DNA from: Longimicrobiales bacterium
Lineage (GTDB): Bacteria; Gemmatimonadota; Gemmatimonadetes; Longimicrobiales; Gaopeijiaceae
Reading direction: 5' to 3'
Assembly: GCA_965249725.1 (NCBI GenBank)
Contig: CBDFMQ010000002.1
Coordinates: 1,536,001-1,600,000 of the forward strand
Length of the DNA stretch: 64,000 nucleotides
Part shown: piece by piece, positions 53,518-63,793 of the stretch
How positions within the stretch are numbered: position 1 is the stretch's first letter
How the letters are laid out: each line of letters starts with the position of its first letter
Notes under the pieces: model-generated
Database searches by the model: none
Seen by the model: only the letters and a program-made list of their open reading frames with translations
What the model was told of the DNA's origin: nothing
Translations under genes and position numbers: made by a program

Positions 53518-53535
53518 TTGTGAAAAGCTTCACAA
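53518..53535. promoter_or_regulatory. Rex operator
   Basis: Perfect TTGTGAA-N4-TTCACAA about 35 bp upstream of rex. Confidence 0.9.
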
Positions 53536-53560
53536 TATTAGGCCGAGGGGGCGGGAAGCG

Positions 53561-54361
53561 TCAAACTCGCCCGGTAAGAAGCTTGGACAGACGTACGAAG
53601 TCTTCCGGCTCGAGCGTCTCGGGCCTGCGCGTAAGATCCCAGCCCGTCTCGCGAGCGATCCGATCCACCGAGTCTCTGGAGAGGCCGAGGTCGCCGTGCT
53701 CGCGGAGCGTCTTCTGCAGCTGCTTTCGACGCCACTGGAAGGCCGCCCGGGTCAGGTCGCGGAGAGCGGTCTCCTCCTCGAGGGACAGCGGTGCAGGGAC
53801 AGTGGGCGTGATTCGGACGACGCTGGAGTCCACGCGGGGCTGGGGTCGAAAGGCCGTCCGCGGCACCCGAAGCACGCTCTCCACTGCGGCGACGCTCCTG
53901 ACGCCCACCGACAGCGCTCCGTATTCCGTGGTTCCCGCCGGTGCCACGAGGCGGTCGGCCACCTCGCGCTGCACCATCAACAGGATGTCTCGCGGTCGGG
54001 GACGTTCCAGGAGCTTGAAAATGATGGGAGCGGTGATGTTGTAGGGGATGTTGCCGACCACGAGCAGATCCGATGGATCCTCGGAGACCGTCTCGAGGTC
54101 CGTCTTCAGAAAGTCCTCGTGTCGGACCTCCACATCGGGCCGAATACCCCACTCGGCCTCCAGCGTCGCGGCGAGCGCGTCGTCCAACTCGACCATGATG
54201 AGTCGGCCCACCCGACCCACGAGGTGACGCGTCAACGCTCCGCGACCGGGCCCGATCTCCAGGAGCGTATCGCCCGGCGTGGGATCCACGGCCTCTACGA
54301 TCTTGCGCTGCAGATTCGGATCGACGAGAAAGTTCTGTCCGAGAGATTTCTTCGCACGCAT
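53561..54361 (-). CDS. rsmA: 16S rRNA adenine dimethyltransferase
   Basis: KKSLGQNFL, EIGPG.G, NIPYNIT, F.P.PRVDS. Confidence 0.95.
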   Translation of the reverse strand: MRAKKSLGQNFLVDPNLQRKIVEAVDPTPGDTLLEIGPGRGALTRHLVGRVGRLIMVELDDALAATLEAEWGIRPDVEVRHEDFLKTDLETVSEDPSDLLVVGNIPYNITAPIIFKLLERPRPRDILLMVQREVADRLVAPAGTTEYGALSVGVRSVAAVESVLRVPRTAFRPQPRVDSSVVRITPTVPAPLSLEEETALRDLTRAAFQWRRKQLQKTLREHGDLGLSRDSVDRIARETGWDLTRRPETLEPEDFVRLSKLLTGRV

Positions 54362-54403
54362 CGGAATGGAGCGGCTAGGCCAGCAGACTTCTGGGACGGA
54401 ACA

Positions 54404-56020
54404 CTAGGTCCTCAGAACGAGCGCGGTCCGGTCGTCTGCCGGTGTGTACGGGGTCGCGGCCTCGGCCAAGTCGAACAAGGTGTCGACGATCTGGGCCGGC
54501 GACGCGCCCCCTGCCGCGGTGACGGCATCGAGAACCGCGGCCTCACCGCTCCCCGGTTCCTCGGTGGCCAACGTGTCGGACAGTCCGTCCGTGAAGAGCA
54601 GTAGCAGATCTCCGGCGGTCCAATCGGCTCGGCCCCTGACGTAGGACTCGGGTCCGGCAAAGCCCACCGGTGGATCGGTGGCGACCAGGCGCTCGGGATC
54701 CTGGCCATCCCGAAATACGAAGGCATGAGGGTGGCCCGCGTTGGAGTAGCGCAGCTTACCGGCCTTCGGATCGATGACCACGTAGCAGAGGCTCAAGAAC
54801 ATCTCCGTGGTCTCGAGCTCGTCGCTGAGCGCGTCGTCCATCTTCCCGAGCACCACAGACGGGTCGGGCGACTCGAGAGCGTAGATGCTCGCCGCGCTCA
54901 TCGACAACGCCATGATCAGCGCCGCCGGAAACCCGTGCGTCGAAACGTCACCGATCATCACGCCGATCTTACCCTTCTTAAGCTTGAAGAGATGGAAAAA
55001 ATCTCCACCCACCTGCTCGGCCGAAGCCACTCGAGCGGCGACATCCGCTCCGTCGAACGTATCCGGAGACTTGAGGAGCTTCATCTGGAGATGATGCGCG
55101 AGTTCCATCTCGTGGCTCATGCGCTCCTGGGCCAAGCTCTCCTGGATCAGTCGGTTGTTCTCCAGCGCAGCACCGATCTGGCTGGCTATGGCGGACAGGA
55201 GCTTTTCGTCACGCAGCGCGAAGGGGTCGCCTCTCCCACGTCCAAACAGATTGATGACGCCAACCGTACGAGCCTCACCGGACGGTGGGCTGTAGCTGAT
55301 GGGCACCGAGATATCGGTCGTGTCCGCTCCGTTCCCCCGTCCATCCGGATCGCGGCTGCCGATCCGGGACCGTCCTTGCTCGAACACCTGAGAAGTGACG
55401 CTATCCGGATGACGGACGGGAGGCGCGTCGTCGGGAGACCGGTCGTCCGAGGACGGGTCGCCGAGAGACGGGTCGTCGGACGCCTTGCTCCCTACAGCAG
55501 CGATCAGATTGAGAACGCTGGTCTTCTGGTCGTGCACCCAGAGCGTCCCGCGCGCGGCCCCCAACACATCACACACTTCCATCAAGATCGCCTTGGCGGC
55601 TTTGTCGAGTTCGAGGACCGACCCGAGAGTCTCGCTGATGGAATAGAGTAGGTTGATCTCCTCGTACCGTTCCTTCAGTTCATCCGTGAAGAAGTCGATC
55701 TCTCGGGCGATGTCCAATCCGCGCTCGACGTTGGTCTGGAGGATCGAGGCCAGCGGTTCGAGCGGCTCGTCGCCGGAGGGTCGCAACTCGAGGTCCAACT
55801 CGGGTCCGTTCCTGGGGGAGATTCGCTTCACGACCGCGCCGTCCGATGGCGTGAGGTCTTCAGGGGTTTGCGAATCCGAGGGGTAGAGATGACCGGCCCT
55901 GGTGCCGTCCTCCTCGACCGCCCAGAGGTGCACGTCGAGGCCGAGTTGCACACGGAATTCGTCCAGGGTTTGTTCGACCGGGACAGGAAGGACTGGGCCA
56001 GGCCCGCCTTCCGGGGTCAT
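54404..56020 (-). CDS. GAF plus PP2C/SpoIIE phosphatase (RsbU-like)
   Basis: GAF domain, VGGDFF, GDVSTHG, NAGHP, TDG, DDRT. Confidence 0.9.
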   Translation of the reverse strand: MTPEGGPGPVLPVPVEQTLDEFRVQLGLDVHLWAVEEDGTRAGHLYPSDSQTPEDLTPSDGAVVKRISPRNGPELDLELRPSGDEPLEPLASILQTNVERGLDIAREIDFFTDELKERYEEINLLYSISETLGSVLELDKAAKAILMEVCDVLGAARGTLWVHDQKTSVLNLIAAVGSKASDDPSLGDPSSDDRSPDDAPPVRHPDSVTSQVFEQGRSRIGSRDPDGRGNGADTTDISVPISYSPPSGEARTVGVINLFGRGRGDPFALRDEKLLSAIASQIGAALENNRLIQESLAQERMSHEMELAHHLQMKLLKSPDTFDGADVAARVASAEQVGGDFFHLFKLKKGKIGVMIGDVSTHGFPAALIMALSMSAASIYALESPDPSVVLGKMDDALSDELETTEMFLSLCYVVIDPKAGKLRYSNAGHPHAFVFRDGQDPERLVATDPPVGFAGPESYVRGRADWTAGDLLLLFTDGLSDTLATEEPGSGEAAVLDAVTAAGGASPAQIVDTLFDLAEAATPYTPADDRTALVLRT

Positions 56021-56460
56021 GCCGAGGCCCCTCCCGCGAGGTCGGGGCTCCGCTCCTCCAGACGTAGGATAAGCGTGACCGAGTTCCCCTCTTCGTTGAA
56101 CTGGACGTCGTCCATCAACGATCTCATGAGGAAGATGCCGCGGCCACCGGGCTTGGTGAGGTTGGCCGGAAGCGTGGGGTCTGGCACGGTGGTGTGATCG
56201 AACCCGTGGCCCTGATCGGTCACCCGAGCCGTCACCTCTTCCTCACAAACCGTCACCTCGACCCGGACGCGCTTTCCCGGATCACGGTCGTTGCCGTACA
56301 ACATGGCGTTGGACAAGGCCTCACTCAGGCCGACTCGGAAGTTCAGATTCAGCTTGCGCGCGTAGGAGCAGCAACCCGAGCAATGCTCCATCACGTACTC
56401 AACCGCGTGCTCGATGGACCGAATGTCGTTCGGTAGCTCGAGAATGAGTTCTTGATCCAC
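56017..56460 (-). CDS. Anti-sigma factor / Ser kinase (RsbW-like)
   Basis: EALSNAM.YGN, DQG.GFD, GRGIFLM. Confidence 0.9.
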   Translation of the reverse strand: MDQELILELPNDIRSIEHAVEYVMEHCSGCCSYARKLNLNFRVGLSEALSNAMLYGNDRDPGKRVRVEVTVCEEEVTARVTDQGHGFDHTTVPDPTLPANLTKPGGRGIFLMRSLMDDVQFNEEGNSVTLILRLEERSPDLAGGASA

Positions 56461-56502
56461 TCTTTACCCTCGTCGAGGGGTCGGCTTACCTGCGGGAGCT
56501 AC

Positions 56503-56835
56503 CTACAGACCTGTCAGGGCCTCATCGCGGCTGTCAGCGATCTTGAAGAGCGTGTCGAGCTTGGTGAGCTCGAAGAGCGTGCGAAGATCCTCATTGAGGC
56601 TGGCAAGACGGAGTTCACCGCCTTGCTCGCGGATCTTCGTGGAGAGGGAGACCAGAACGCCCAATCCGGAGGAATCGATGTAGCCCGTGCTGGAGAAGTC
56701 TACGACGAACTTCCGTTCGCCCCCCTCGAGCTCATCGAGGACTTTCTGCTTCAGTTCCTGGCGATTTCCGACGATGAGCTGGCCTTCAACATCGATGACC
56801 GTCACGTCGCCCGACTTGCTCACCTGAAATGCCAT
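56503..56835 (-). CDS. STAS anti-anti-sigma factor (RsbV-like)
   Basis: YIDSSGLG, FELTKL. Confidence 0.92.
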   Translation of the reverse strand: MAFQVSKSGDVTVIDVEGQLIVGNRQELKQKVLDELEGGERKFVVDFSSTGYIDSSGLGVLVSLSTKIREQGGELRLASLNEDLRTLFELTKLDTLFKIADSRDEALTGL

Positions 56836-56987
56836 TGTGCCTCCGTTTACGGTTTCCGTACTCTAGCTACGCTCAGGGCTTCACGGGCGCACGGAGCTAA
56901 AGGGAACGGGAAAACGATATAGGAAAACGCCCCGGTGGGGCAATACTCCCGATAACCGGCGCCTGAGGGCAGCCAATCGGGGCCGCC

Positions 56988-57902
56988 TCATACTCCACCC
57001 TTCGCCATCACCGCGGTAACGCACGCCACGTCGAAGATATCGTCGGCCGACGCGCCCCGGGACAGGTCGTTGTAGGGATGTCGAAGCCCTTGCAGGATAG
57101 GCCCTAGAGCGCGTCCTCCGGTGATTCGCTGGACGAGCTTGTACGCGATGTTCGCGGAGTTCAGGTCTGGAAAGACCAACACGTTGGCCTTGCCGGCCAC
57201 CGGCGACCCCGGAGCCTTGTGGCGGGCTACAGACTCGATCAGTGCGGCGTCACCCTGTAGTTCGCCGTCTACGGGCACCCCGGGAAGCCGCTCCCTGAAG
57301 AGCTCGACGGCGCCCACGACTTTGTCGACGGCAGCACCCGAAGCACTCCCCAGGGTCGAGTAGGACAAGAACGCGACGTGGGGCTCATCACCTACCACCA
57401 GGGCCCGTTCCGTTGCCGCGGCGATGCCGATATCGGCGAGTTGGTCCGAGGTCGGCTCAGGGATCACTCCCGCGTCCGCAAAGGTGAGCACCTCGTCGTC
57501 CACCCCGCGAAACGAGGGAACGAGCATGTAGAAGGCCGACGACACGCTGTCCACGCCTTCGGCCCGCCCCACCGTCCGGATCGCGGCACGGATGACATCG
57601 CCTGTACGATGGACGGCCCCGGCCACCACTCCGTCCACCTTACCCTGCTTCACCAACAGACCGGCCGCCATCAAGGGATCACTACCCGTGGGATCGACGA
57701 TGCCGACGGCGTCGACGTCGACGTCAGCGGCCGTCAGGGCCTCGTGTACGAGATGGGGAGATCCAACGGCTACGACCGAGCAGACCCCCTCGTCGAGGAG
57801 CCGGGCGATGGCAGCCGCCGTGCGGGCATCGGTCGCCTCGGGGAACGCCAGCGTGGCCTGGAGCGTTCGCGCCCGAGCCGCCAGGGACGCGAGAAAGGTC
57901 AC
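56988..57902 (-). CDS. pta: Phosphate acetyltransferase
   Basis: [35 protein letters not shown] start at 57902. Confidence 0.9.
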   Translation of the reverse strand: MTFLASLAARARTLQATLAFPEATDARTAAAIARLLDEGVCSVVAVGSPHLVHEALTAADVDVDAVGIVDPTGSDPLMAAGLLVKQGKVDGVVAGAVHRTGDVIRAAIRTVGRAEGVDSVSSAFYMLVPSFRGVDDEVLTFADAGVIPEPTSDQLADIGIAAATERALVVGDEPHVAFLSYSTLGSASGAAVDKVVGAVELFRERLPGVPVDGELQGDAALIESVARHKAPGSPVAGKANVLVFPDLNSANIAYKLVQRITGGRALGPILQGLRHPYNDLSRGASADDIFDVACVTAVMAKGGV

Positions 57903-58399
57903 TCCTGAATCGCCGCCTCCATGGCCCTGCGGACCGGCTCCGGCACGAAGGGCGAGACATCTCCCCCGAGGCTGGCCACCTCCCGCACGAGCGACGCGGA
58001 CAGGAAGGAGTACTTCTGATCCGGAGTCAGGAAGACGGTCTCGACTCCGCTCCACAGCTCCCGGTTCATCTGAGCCATCTGGAATTCGTACTCGAAGTCG
58101 GAGACGGCCCTCAGGCCCCGGATCACGAATTGGGCCTCCAGCTCCCGGGCCAGATCCACCAGGAGGCCCTGGAAGCTGAGACACTCGATCCTCTCCTCGT
58201 CCGCGAAGACCTCCCGGATCAAGTCGAGGCGCTGCTCGACCGCGAACAGGCTTCCCTTTACGTGGGTGGCGGTGTGGGCAACCGCGATGATCACCCGATC
58301 CGCCAGGCGCAAGGAGCGGCGAGCCACGTCCTCGTGCCCATTTGTGACGGGATCGAACGAACCCGGGTAGAGAGCCACTACAGGCCGATCGCGGGTCAT
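57899..58399 (-). CDS. coaD: Pantetheine-phosphate adenylyltransferase
   Basis: [24 protein letters not shown]. Confidence 0.96.
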   Translation of the reverse strand: MTRDRPVVALYPGSFDPVTNGHEDVARRSLRLADRVIIAVAHTATHVKGSLFAVEQRLDLIREVFADEERIECLSFQGLLVDLARELEAQFVIRGLRAVSDFEYEFQMAQMNRELWSGVETVFLTPDQKYSFLSASLVREVASLGGDVSPFVPEPVRRAMEAAIQE

Positions 58400-58923
58400 G
58401 GTTTCGCCTCGAGGATCGAGATGACTGTGTCTCCGTAGCGTCGTTGTCGGAGGCCGGCGAGCTCCGGGATGGGATCGCTAACACGATGCTCTACCCAGAG
58501 CTGTGATGCAAACGGATTCGTCGCGAAGGACTCCAACAGGCGCGCCGCGAACCCCGAGTCGTACGGCGGATCAGCGAAGGCCACGTCGAACTCGACGCCG
58601 TCCAGTCGCTGGACATACGCCATGGCGTCCGACGCGACCACGGTCGACTCCGGCTCGGCCGCCAACAACTCGATGTTGGCGCGCAGGGTCGCGAGTGAAC
58701 CCCTGTTACGTTCGACGAACACGGCGCTCGCCGCGCCTCGGCTGAGAGCCTCGAGGCCCAGCGCCCCCGATCCGGCGAACAGATCGAGGACCCTCGCCCC
58801 CTCTACCGACGCCCCCAGGGCCGCCATCCAGGACTCTCTCACTCGGTCGGTGGTCGGACGAACCCCCTTCCCACGGAGCGCCTTGAGCCGTCGCCCTTTC
58901 CATCGCCCCGCGATGATCCTCAT
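58396..58923 (-). CDS. rsmD: 16S rRNA m2G966 methyltransferase
   Basis: [26 protein letters not shown]. Confidence 0.95.
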   Translation of the reverse strand: MRIIAGRWKGRRLKALRGKGVRPTTDRVRESWMAALGASVEGARVLDLFAGSGALGLEALSRGAASAVFVERNRGSLATLRANIELLAAEPESTVVASDAMAYVQRLDGVEFDVAFADPPYDSGFAARLLESFATNPFASQLWVEHRVSDPIPELAGLRQRRYGDTVISILEAKP

Positions 58924-60701
58924 GCCTCGGTACCCGCAACCACGCCGTCCGCCACCCCATGGGCTCGCACGTCGAGGAGGTGCGCCTCGACCTGACGGCG
59001 ACCACGGAACTCACCGATCTTGAGCTTGAAGGTCAGGTCCAAGGGACCAGTGCCGAGTGAATCGGGAGGAATCCGGTGTACGAGGCCAAAACCGATAGCC
59101 TCGAGCGAGTGCCCGGCCTGTGTGAGCTTGAGCTTGAGGTGACCTGTGCCGACCTCTCGCGCGGGACCCTCCAACTCGACTCCACGCGCGACGAAGACCG
59201 GTGTCGGGTTGCCGATGCCGAAGGGGCCGAAGTACGACAGGAAGTGGGTGAGCTGCTCGGTGGCTTCGGATAGCGGCAGCTCGAGGTCTGGCTTGATCGT
59301 CGGCCGGGGAAGCTGGCCGTCCAGGCGATCGCGAGCCTCCGAGTTGAAGGCGTGTCGAAAGTCGTCGAGACACTCCGAAGCGACATCCATCCCCGCCGCC
59401 GCACGGTGCCCGCCGAAACGGCCCAGGTACTGCCGGCACGCGTCAACGGCACCATACAGGTCGAAGCCCGAGATGGACCGAGCGCTGCCGCGACCCTGCC
59501 CGTCGCGCAGGGCAACCAGAACCGTCGGCCGGTGGATTCGCTCGACGATGCGCGAGGCCACGATGCCGATCACGCCGGGGTGCCACCCCTCCCCCGCCAG
59601 GACCACCCCGAAGTCGGTCTCGGGCCGATAGCTACTCTGGAGCTGATCCAACGCCTGCTTGAGAGTCCTGGCTTCCTCCTCCCGCCGGTCGGTGTTGTTC
59701 TTCTCTAGACGGCCGGCGAGATCCTCAGCGACATCGGCGTCCTCCGTCATGAGGAGTTCCAGAGCCGTCATGGCCTCGGCCATCCGGCCGGCCGCGTTTA
59801 TCCGCGGCGCCAGCCGGAAAGCCACCTGGCCGGCCTCGATAGGTCCTTGGTCTAGCCCGGCTTGTTTCATCAGGGCGCGCAGGCCCGGGATCTCCGTGCG
59901 CGCCAGTGCCTTGAGGCCATAGCGAACCAGGGTCCTATTCTCTTGATCGAGGGGGACCACGTCGGCGATGGTGGCCAGCGCCACAAGGTCCAGGAATCCG
60001 TGCAATTCCTCGTGAGCGATACCGCGTTCGTCCGCCATCAACTCGCACAAGCGGTAGGCGACGCCGGTCCCGCAAAGCCCCTTGTTGGGGTATTCACAGT
60101 CCGTCCGGTTCGGATCGACCACCGCGAAAGCGGGGGGAAGCGTGTCGGCCGGGGTGTGGTGGTCGGTGACGATCACGTCGATGCCCGACGCGTTGGCCTC
60201 GGCCACCGCATCGTGGGCCCGGATCCCCGAGTCGACCGTGACGATCAGCGTCGCTCCGGCGGTGCGTGCCGCCTCGAGGCCGGCGGGACCCAAATCGTAG
60301 CCGTCTGTCACGCGGTTGGGGACGAACGGCACTGCGTCTCCGCCCATCCTCCGGATCCACCGAGTCAACAAAGCGGCACCGGACACCCCGTCGACGTCGT
60401 AGTCCCCATGGACCAGGATCGTCTCGCCCTCGTCGATCGCGCCGAAAATCCTCGCCACGGCTTCCTTGCTTCCTGCCAGAAGCGAGGCCGGGTGGAGGTC
60501 GGTCAGGAGGGGGCGGAGATAGCTCTTGGCCTGATCGGGTTCGGTCAGGCCGCGCTGCACGAGAAGGGCACAAAGAGGCTCTGGTATCGAGAGGGCGTCA
60601 GCCAGGAGCCGCACCGCGTCCTCGGGAACCGACGCCGGCTCTTTCCACAGAGGGATGAGCGCCGGCAACGCCGGTTGGGAAGCCTCGCCTACGCCGGCCA
60701 C
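58920..60701 (-). CDS. recJ: ssDNA-specific exonuclease RecJ
   Basis: GDYDVDG, TDHH, TIADVVPL, PRINAAGR, GSARS, GGH. Confidence 0.96.
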   Translation of the reverse strand: MAGVGEASQPALPALIPLWKEPASVPEDAVRLLADALSIPEPLCALLVQRGLTEPDQAKSYLRPLLTDLHPASLLAGSKEAVARIFGAIDEGETILVHGDYDVDGVSGAALLTRWIRRMGGDAVPFVPNRVTDGYDLGPAGLEAARTAGATLIVTVDSGIRAHDAVAEANASGIDVIVTDHHTPADTLPPAFAVVDPNRTDCEYPNKGLCGTGVAYRLCELMADERGIAHEELHGFLDLVALATIADVVPLDQENRTLVRYGLKALARTEIPGLRALMKQAGLDQGPIEAGQVAFRLAPRINAAGRMAEAMTALELLMTEDADVAEDLAGRLEKNNTDRREEEARTLKQALDQLQSSYRPETDFGVVLAGEGWHPGVIGIVASRIVERIHRPTVLVALRDGQGRGSARSISGFDLYGAVDACRQYLGRFGGHRAAAGMDVASECLDDFRHAFNSEARDRLDGQLPRPTIKPDLELPLSEATEQLTHFLSYFGPFGIGNPTPVFVARGVELEGPAREVGTGHLKLKLTQAGHSLEAIGFGLVHRIPPDSLGTGPLDLTFKLKIGEFRGRRQVEAHLLDVRAHGVADGVVAGTEA

Positions 60702-60727
60702 GTCAGGAACGTCGGGAAAGCCGACGC

Positions 60728-61954
60728 CTAAGCGTCGGCGGCTCCCTCCTTGGGCTCTTCTTCATCGTCGACCTCGGCAGCGGATTCGGGCTCTTCTTCC
60801 GAGGCACTCGCCTCCGGAGCCGGCTCCATCTCGTCTTCGGCAACTTCGGGTGCCGCCTCCTCCGCAGCTTCCGCCTCGGGCTCCGCGTCCTCCTCGAGGT
60901 CCGCTAGGGGCTCGTCGACCGCTTCAGAGACCGGCTCCGCGTCCTCCTCGACCTCCGGGAGGGGCTCATCGACCGCCTCATCAATCGGATCGGTTGCGGA
61001 CTCGGCTTTGGCAGCCTCTGCGGCCACCTCCTCCGCGACCCCGGCCAACAACTCCGCTACCTCGTCTGCGACCTCCGCCTCGGTCGCCGCTTCAGCGGCC
61101 TCGGTCTCGAGCCCCACCTCCGCCGCCGCTTCCGCCTCGTCCTGCGCCGCCGTTGCGGCTCGCTCGACGTCCCTGGCCTCTTCGGAGACGCGAAGCGACT
61201 CCTCGATCCGGGCCGCCTCTTCCTCGGCCTTCACGAGACCCTCGTCGGACTCCGGCGTCAAGATGACCCCGCAGCCCTCACAGCGGATCATTCCTGAGGA
61301 GTGTCGGATTTCGTTCTGAACCTGTAGGGGAATCACGCTGAAGCAGTTGCCACACGCTCCGTCGCCGGTCAGCTCGGCCACCGCGACGTCCGTCGACCCC
61401 GCCATGATGCTCTCGTACACCCGACGCTCCGTAGCATCGATACCCTCGGCGAATGACTCTCTCGTCCCCAGCAGTTCCTTCAAGCGCGCCTCGGCGGTCT
61501 CTCTTTCCTCGTTCAACTCCACCCGCCTGGGTTCGACTTCCGCCAGAGCCTCCTGCAGCGCCTCCTCATGCTCGGCCCGCCGCTCCTCCATGCGCCGGAT
61601 CTGGTCCAGGAGACTCATGGCTTCCTGCTCATCGTTCTCGAGAGCCCGCTTCACCATTTCCAGCTCGGCATGCACCGCGGCTTCTTCCCTCACGTTCCGA
61701 ACGGTGTTCATGCGCTCTTGGAGTTTGGCCGACCGTACCCGCCGCTCTTCGATGGACAGCTCGATCCTGTTCTCCTCGAGCGTCACCTCCTGTAAGCGAG
61801 CCTGTAGGGCCTTCACCTCTTTTTCGAGATGCTCGATGGGCTCACCGACCTCTTCGAGCTTGGCGTCGAAGGTGCCCACGATGGACTCGATGGAGGCAAT
61901 CTCCTGGTCCATCTGCTGGAGCTCTTTCAGTGACGAATGCGTCTGGGGTGTCAT
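60728..61954 (-). CDS. Coiled-coil C4-type zinc-ribbon protein (DUF164-like) with a ~170-aa acidic tail
   Basis: LQQMD coiled coil, CGNC...CEGC, E/A/D/P-rich tail with a 54-bp duplication at 60879-60979. Confidence 0.85.
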   Translation of the reverse strand: MTPQTHSSLKELQQMDQEIASIESIVGTFDAKLEEVGEPIEHLEKEVKALQARLQEVTLEENRIELSIEERRVRSAKLQERMNTVRNVREEAAVHAELEMVKRALENDEQEAMSLLDQIRRMEERRAEHEEALQEALAEVEPRRVELNEERETAEARLKELLGTRESFAEGIDATERRVYESIMAGSTDVAVAELTGDGACGNCFSVIPLQVQNEIRHSSGMIRCEGCGVILTPESDEGLVKAEEEAARIEESLRVSEEARDVERAATAAQDEAEAAAEVGLETEAAEAATEAEVADEVAELLAGVAEEVAAEAAKAESATDPIDEAVDEPLPEVEEDAEPVSEAVDEPLADLEEDAEPEAEAAEEAAPEVAEDEMEPAPEASASEEEPESAAEVDDEEEPKEGAADA

Positions 61955-61993
61955 GTATGCTCTTGTATTGGATGTCTAGCCATTTGTCGCGAT

Positions 61994-63793
61994 CTAGCGG
62001 TTGTTCTTCAAGGTCCTTCGAGCAGCGGACGACCAGTCGCGTCCGAGCTCTCGACGCTCCTCACCGAGGCGCGCCTTCTCGGCCAGGAGCTCATCACGTC
62101 GCTCCGGGTCCGTCGTATTCTGTATAAGGCGATCCACTTCGTCGAGGCTTCCCTGCAACGCGGTGCTTTGGATCTTGCTCAGCGACTCTTCGAAAACCCG
62201 GTGCGCCGGGCCGAGTTCCTTCGGATCGCCGAGTAGTTCCTCAAGCGTCTGAGCAATTCCGGGTGGAAGCCCGGCAGGGGGATGCGTAAGCCCCGGATCG
62301 GCAAGCAGGGCCTCAAAGGCACCTCGATACCCGAGGTCCAAGAAGTCGTCGGGACCTAGATGTTCACCCACGCGCTCGATCCAATCCCGATCCTTGGTCA
62401 TGAGCAGAAGGAGCTCGCGCTCCGCACCCATCGGCGGAATCGTCGGTGCAACGACCCTCCGCGGCGCTGGCCTTCGTGGCGTCGATGCGGACGGTGCGGG
62501 CGAGTGGGTTCGCTCCAGCTCCTCCTGCAGCGTCTCTCGACGGACGCCCGTGCGATCCGAGACCTTGGAAACGTAGATGTCGCGAAGAGCCGGATCCTGC
62601 ACCGCCCGTAAAGTCGGAAGGAGTCGGTCGACCGCGTTGCGAGTCTGCTCGATCCCGGAAAAGTGATCTCGCTCCTCCAGTATCTGGAGCTTCCGGTCGA
62701 GAACGTCGACGGCTTGATCAATGTGAAGCTGAAGGCCCTCCGCTCCCTCCTTGTGCACTATGGTGTCCGGATCCTCCCCCGGAGGGAACGTCACTACGGA
62801 GGGGTGCACCCCCGCCGCCAACATCACGTCTCCTGCGCGGAAGGTGGCCTTCAGCCCAGCCACGTCGCTATCGAAGAGGATGTGGACCCGCGTCGTGTAA
62901 CGCCGAAGCAAAGCGGCCTGTTGGGAAGTCAGGGCCGTGCCGAGAGGTGCCACGACGTTTTCGAACCCGGCCCCCGCCAACGACACGGCGTCCATGTAGC
63001 CCTCCACAACCAAGGCCGTGTCCTCACGGCGGATGTTGTTCTTCGCCCAGTTCAGCCCGTAGAGCACGTCTCCCTTGTGATAGATGGGCGATTCGGGCGA
63101 GTTGACGTACTTGGGCGCTCCCTCCCTACCGGAGTCGAGAACGCGGCCCCCGAAGCCCAGGACCTTACCACCGAGGCTCTCGATCGAGAACGTCACCCGG
63201 CCCCTGAATCGATCGTACGGCTCCTGGCTCTTTTGGCTCTGAGTCAGGAGACCCACCTCGAGGAGTGTCTCGTCGCCGATCCCGTGGTGGGCCGCAGCGT
63301 CTCGCAGCGCGCGCCACTCGTCGGGCGCGTACCCGAGCGAGAACCGCTCGGCGGTCTCGCGGTCGATTCCCCGCTTCTCCAGGTAATCCCGGGCTTCTTT
63401 GCCCAGCTTCTCGTCCCACAACGAGTCCTGGAAGAACACCCTGGCGAACGCGTTGGCTTCATAGAGGTGGCGGAACGGATCCTCCTCTTGGTGGCCCTTG
63501 ATCACCTCACGAATCTCTACACCGGCCCTCTGGGCCGCGTGCTTGACGGCATCGACGAAGTCCAGGCCGAGGCGCTTGATCAGGAACGAGAAGACATCCC
63601 CGGACTCACCGCATCCGAAGCACTTGTAGAACCCCTTGGCCGGGACGACATAGAAACTCGGAGTCTTCTCTTCGTGGAAGGGGCAACAGGCCTTGTAGTC
63701 CTTCCCGGACTTCTTCAGGGGAACGATGTCGCCTATGATCTCGACGATGTCCGCCCGAGCCCGGACCTCCTCGACCTGGTCGTCGGGTATCAC
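61994..63793 (-). CDS. dnaG: DNA primase
   Basis: CPFH.EKTPSF...CFGC, KYVNSPE, VEGYMD, FDSD.AG, DPD. Confidence 0.97.
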   Translation of the reverse strand: MIPDDQVEEVRARADIVEIIGDIVPLKKSGKDYKACCPFHEEKTPSFYVVPAKGFYKCFGCGESGDVFSFLIKRLGLDFVDAVKHAAQRAGVEIREVIKGHQEEDPFRHLYEANAFARVFFQDSLWDEKLGKEARDYLEKRGIDRETAERFSLGYAPDEWRALRDAAAHHGIGDETLLEVGLLTQSQKSQEPYDRFRGRVTFSIESLGGKVLGFGGRVLDSGREGAPKYVNSPESPIYHKGDVLYGLNWAKNNIRREDTALVVEGYMDAVSLAGAGFENVVAPLGTALTSQQAALLRRYTTRVHILFDSDVAGLKATFRAGDVMLAAGVHPSVVTFPPGEDPDTIVHKEGAEGLQLHIDQAVDVLDRKLQILEERDHFSGIEQTRNAVDRLLPTLRAVQDPALRDIYVSKVSDRTGVRRETLQEELERTHSPAPSASTPRRPAPRRVVAPTIPPMGAERELLLLMTKDRDWIERVGEHLGPDDFLDLGYRGAFEALLADPGLTHPPAGLPPGIAQTLEELLGDPKELGPAHRVFEESLSKIQSTALQGSLDEVDRLIQNTTDPERRDELLAEKARLGEERRELGRDWSSAARRTLKNNR

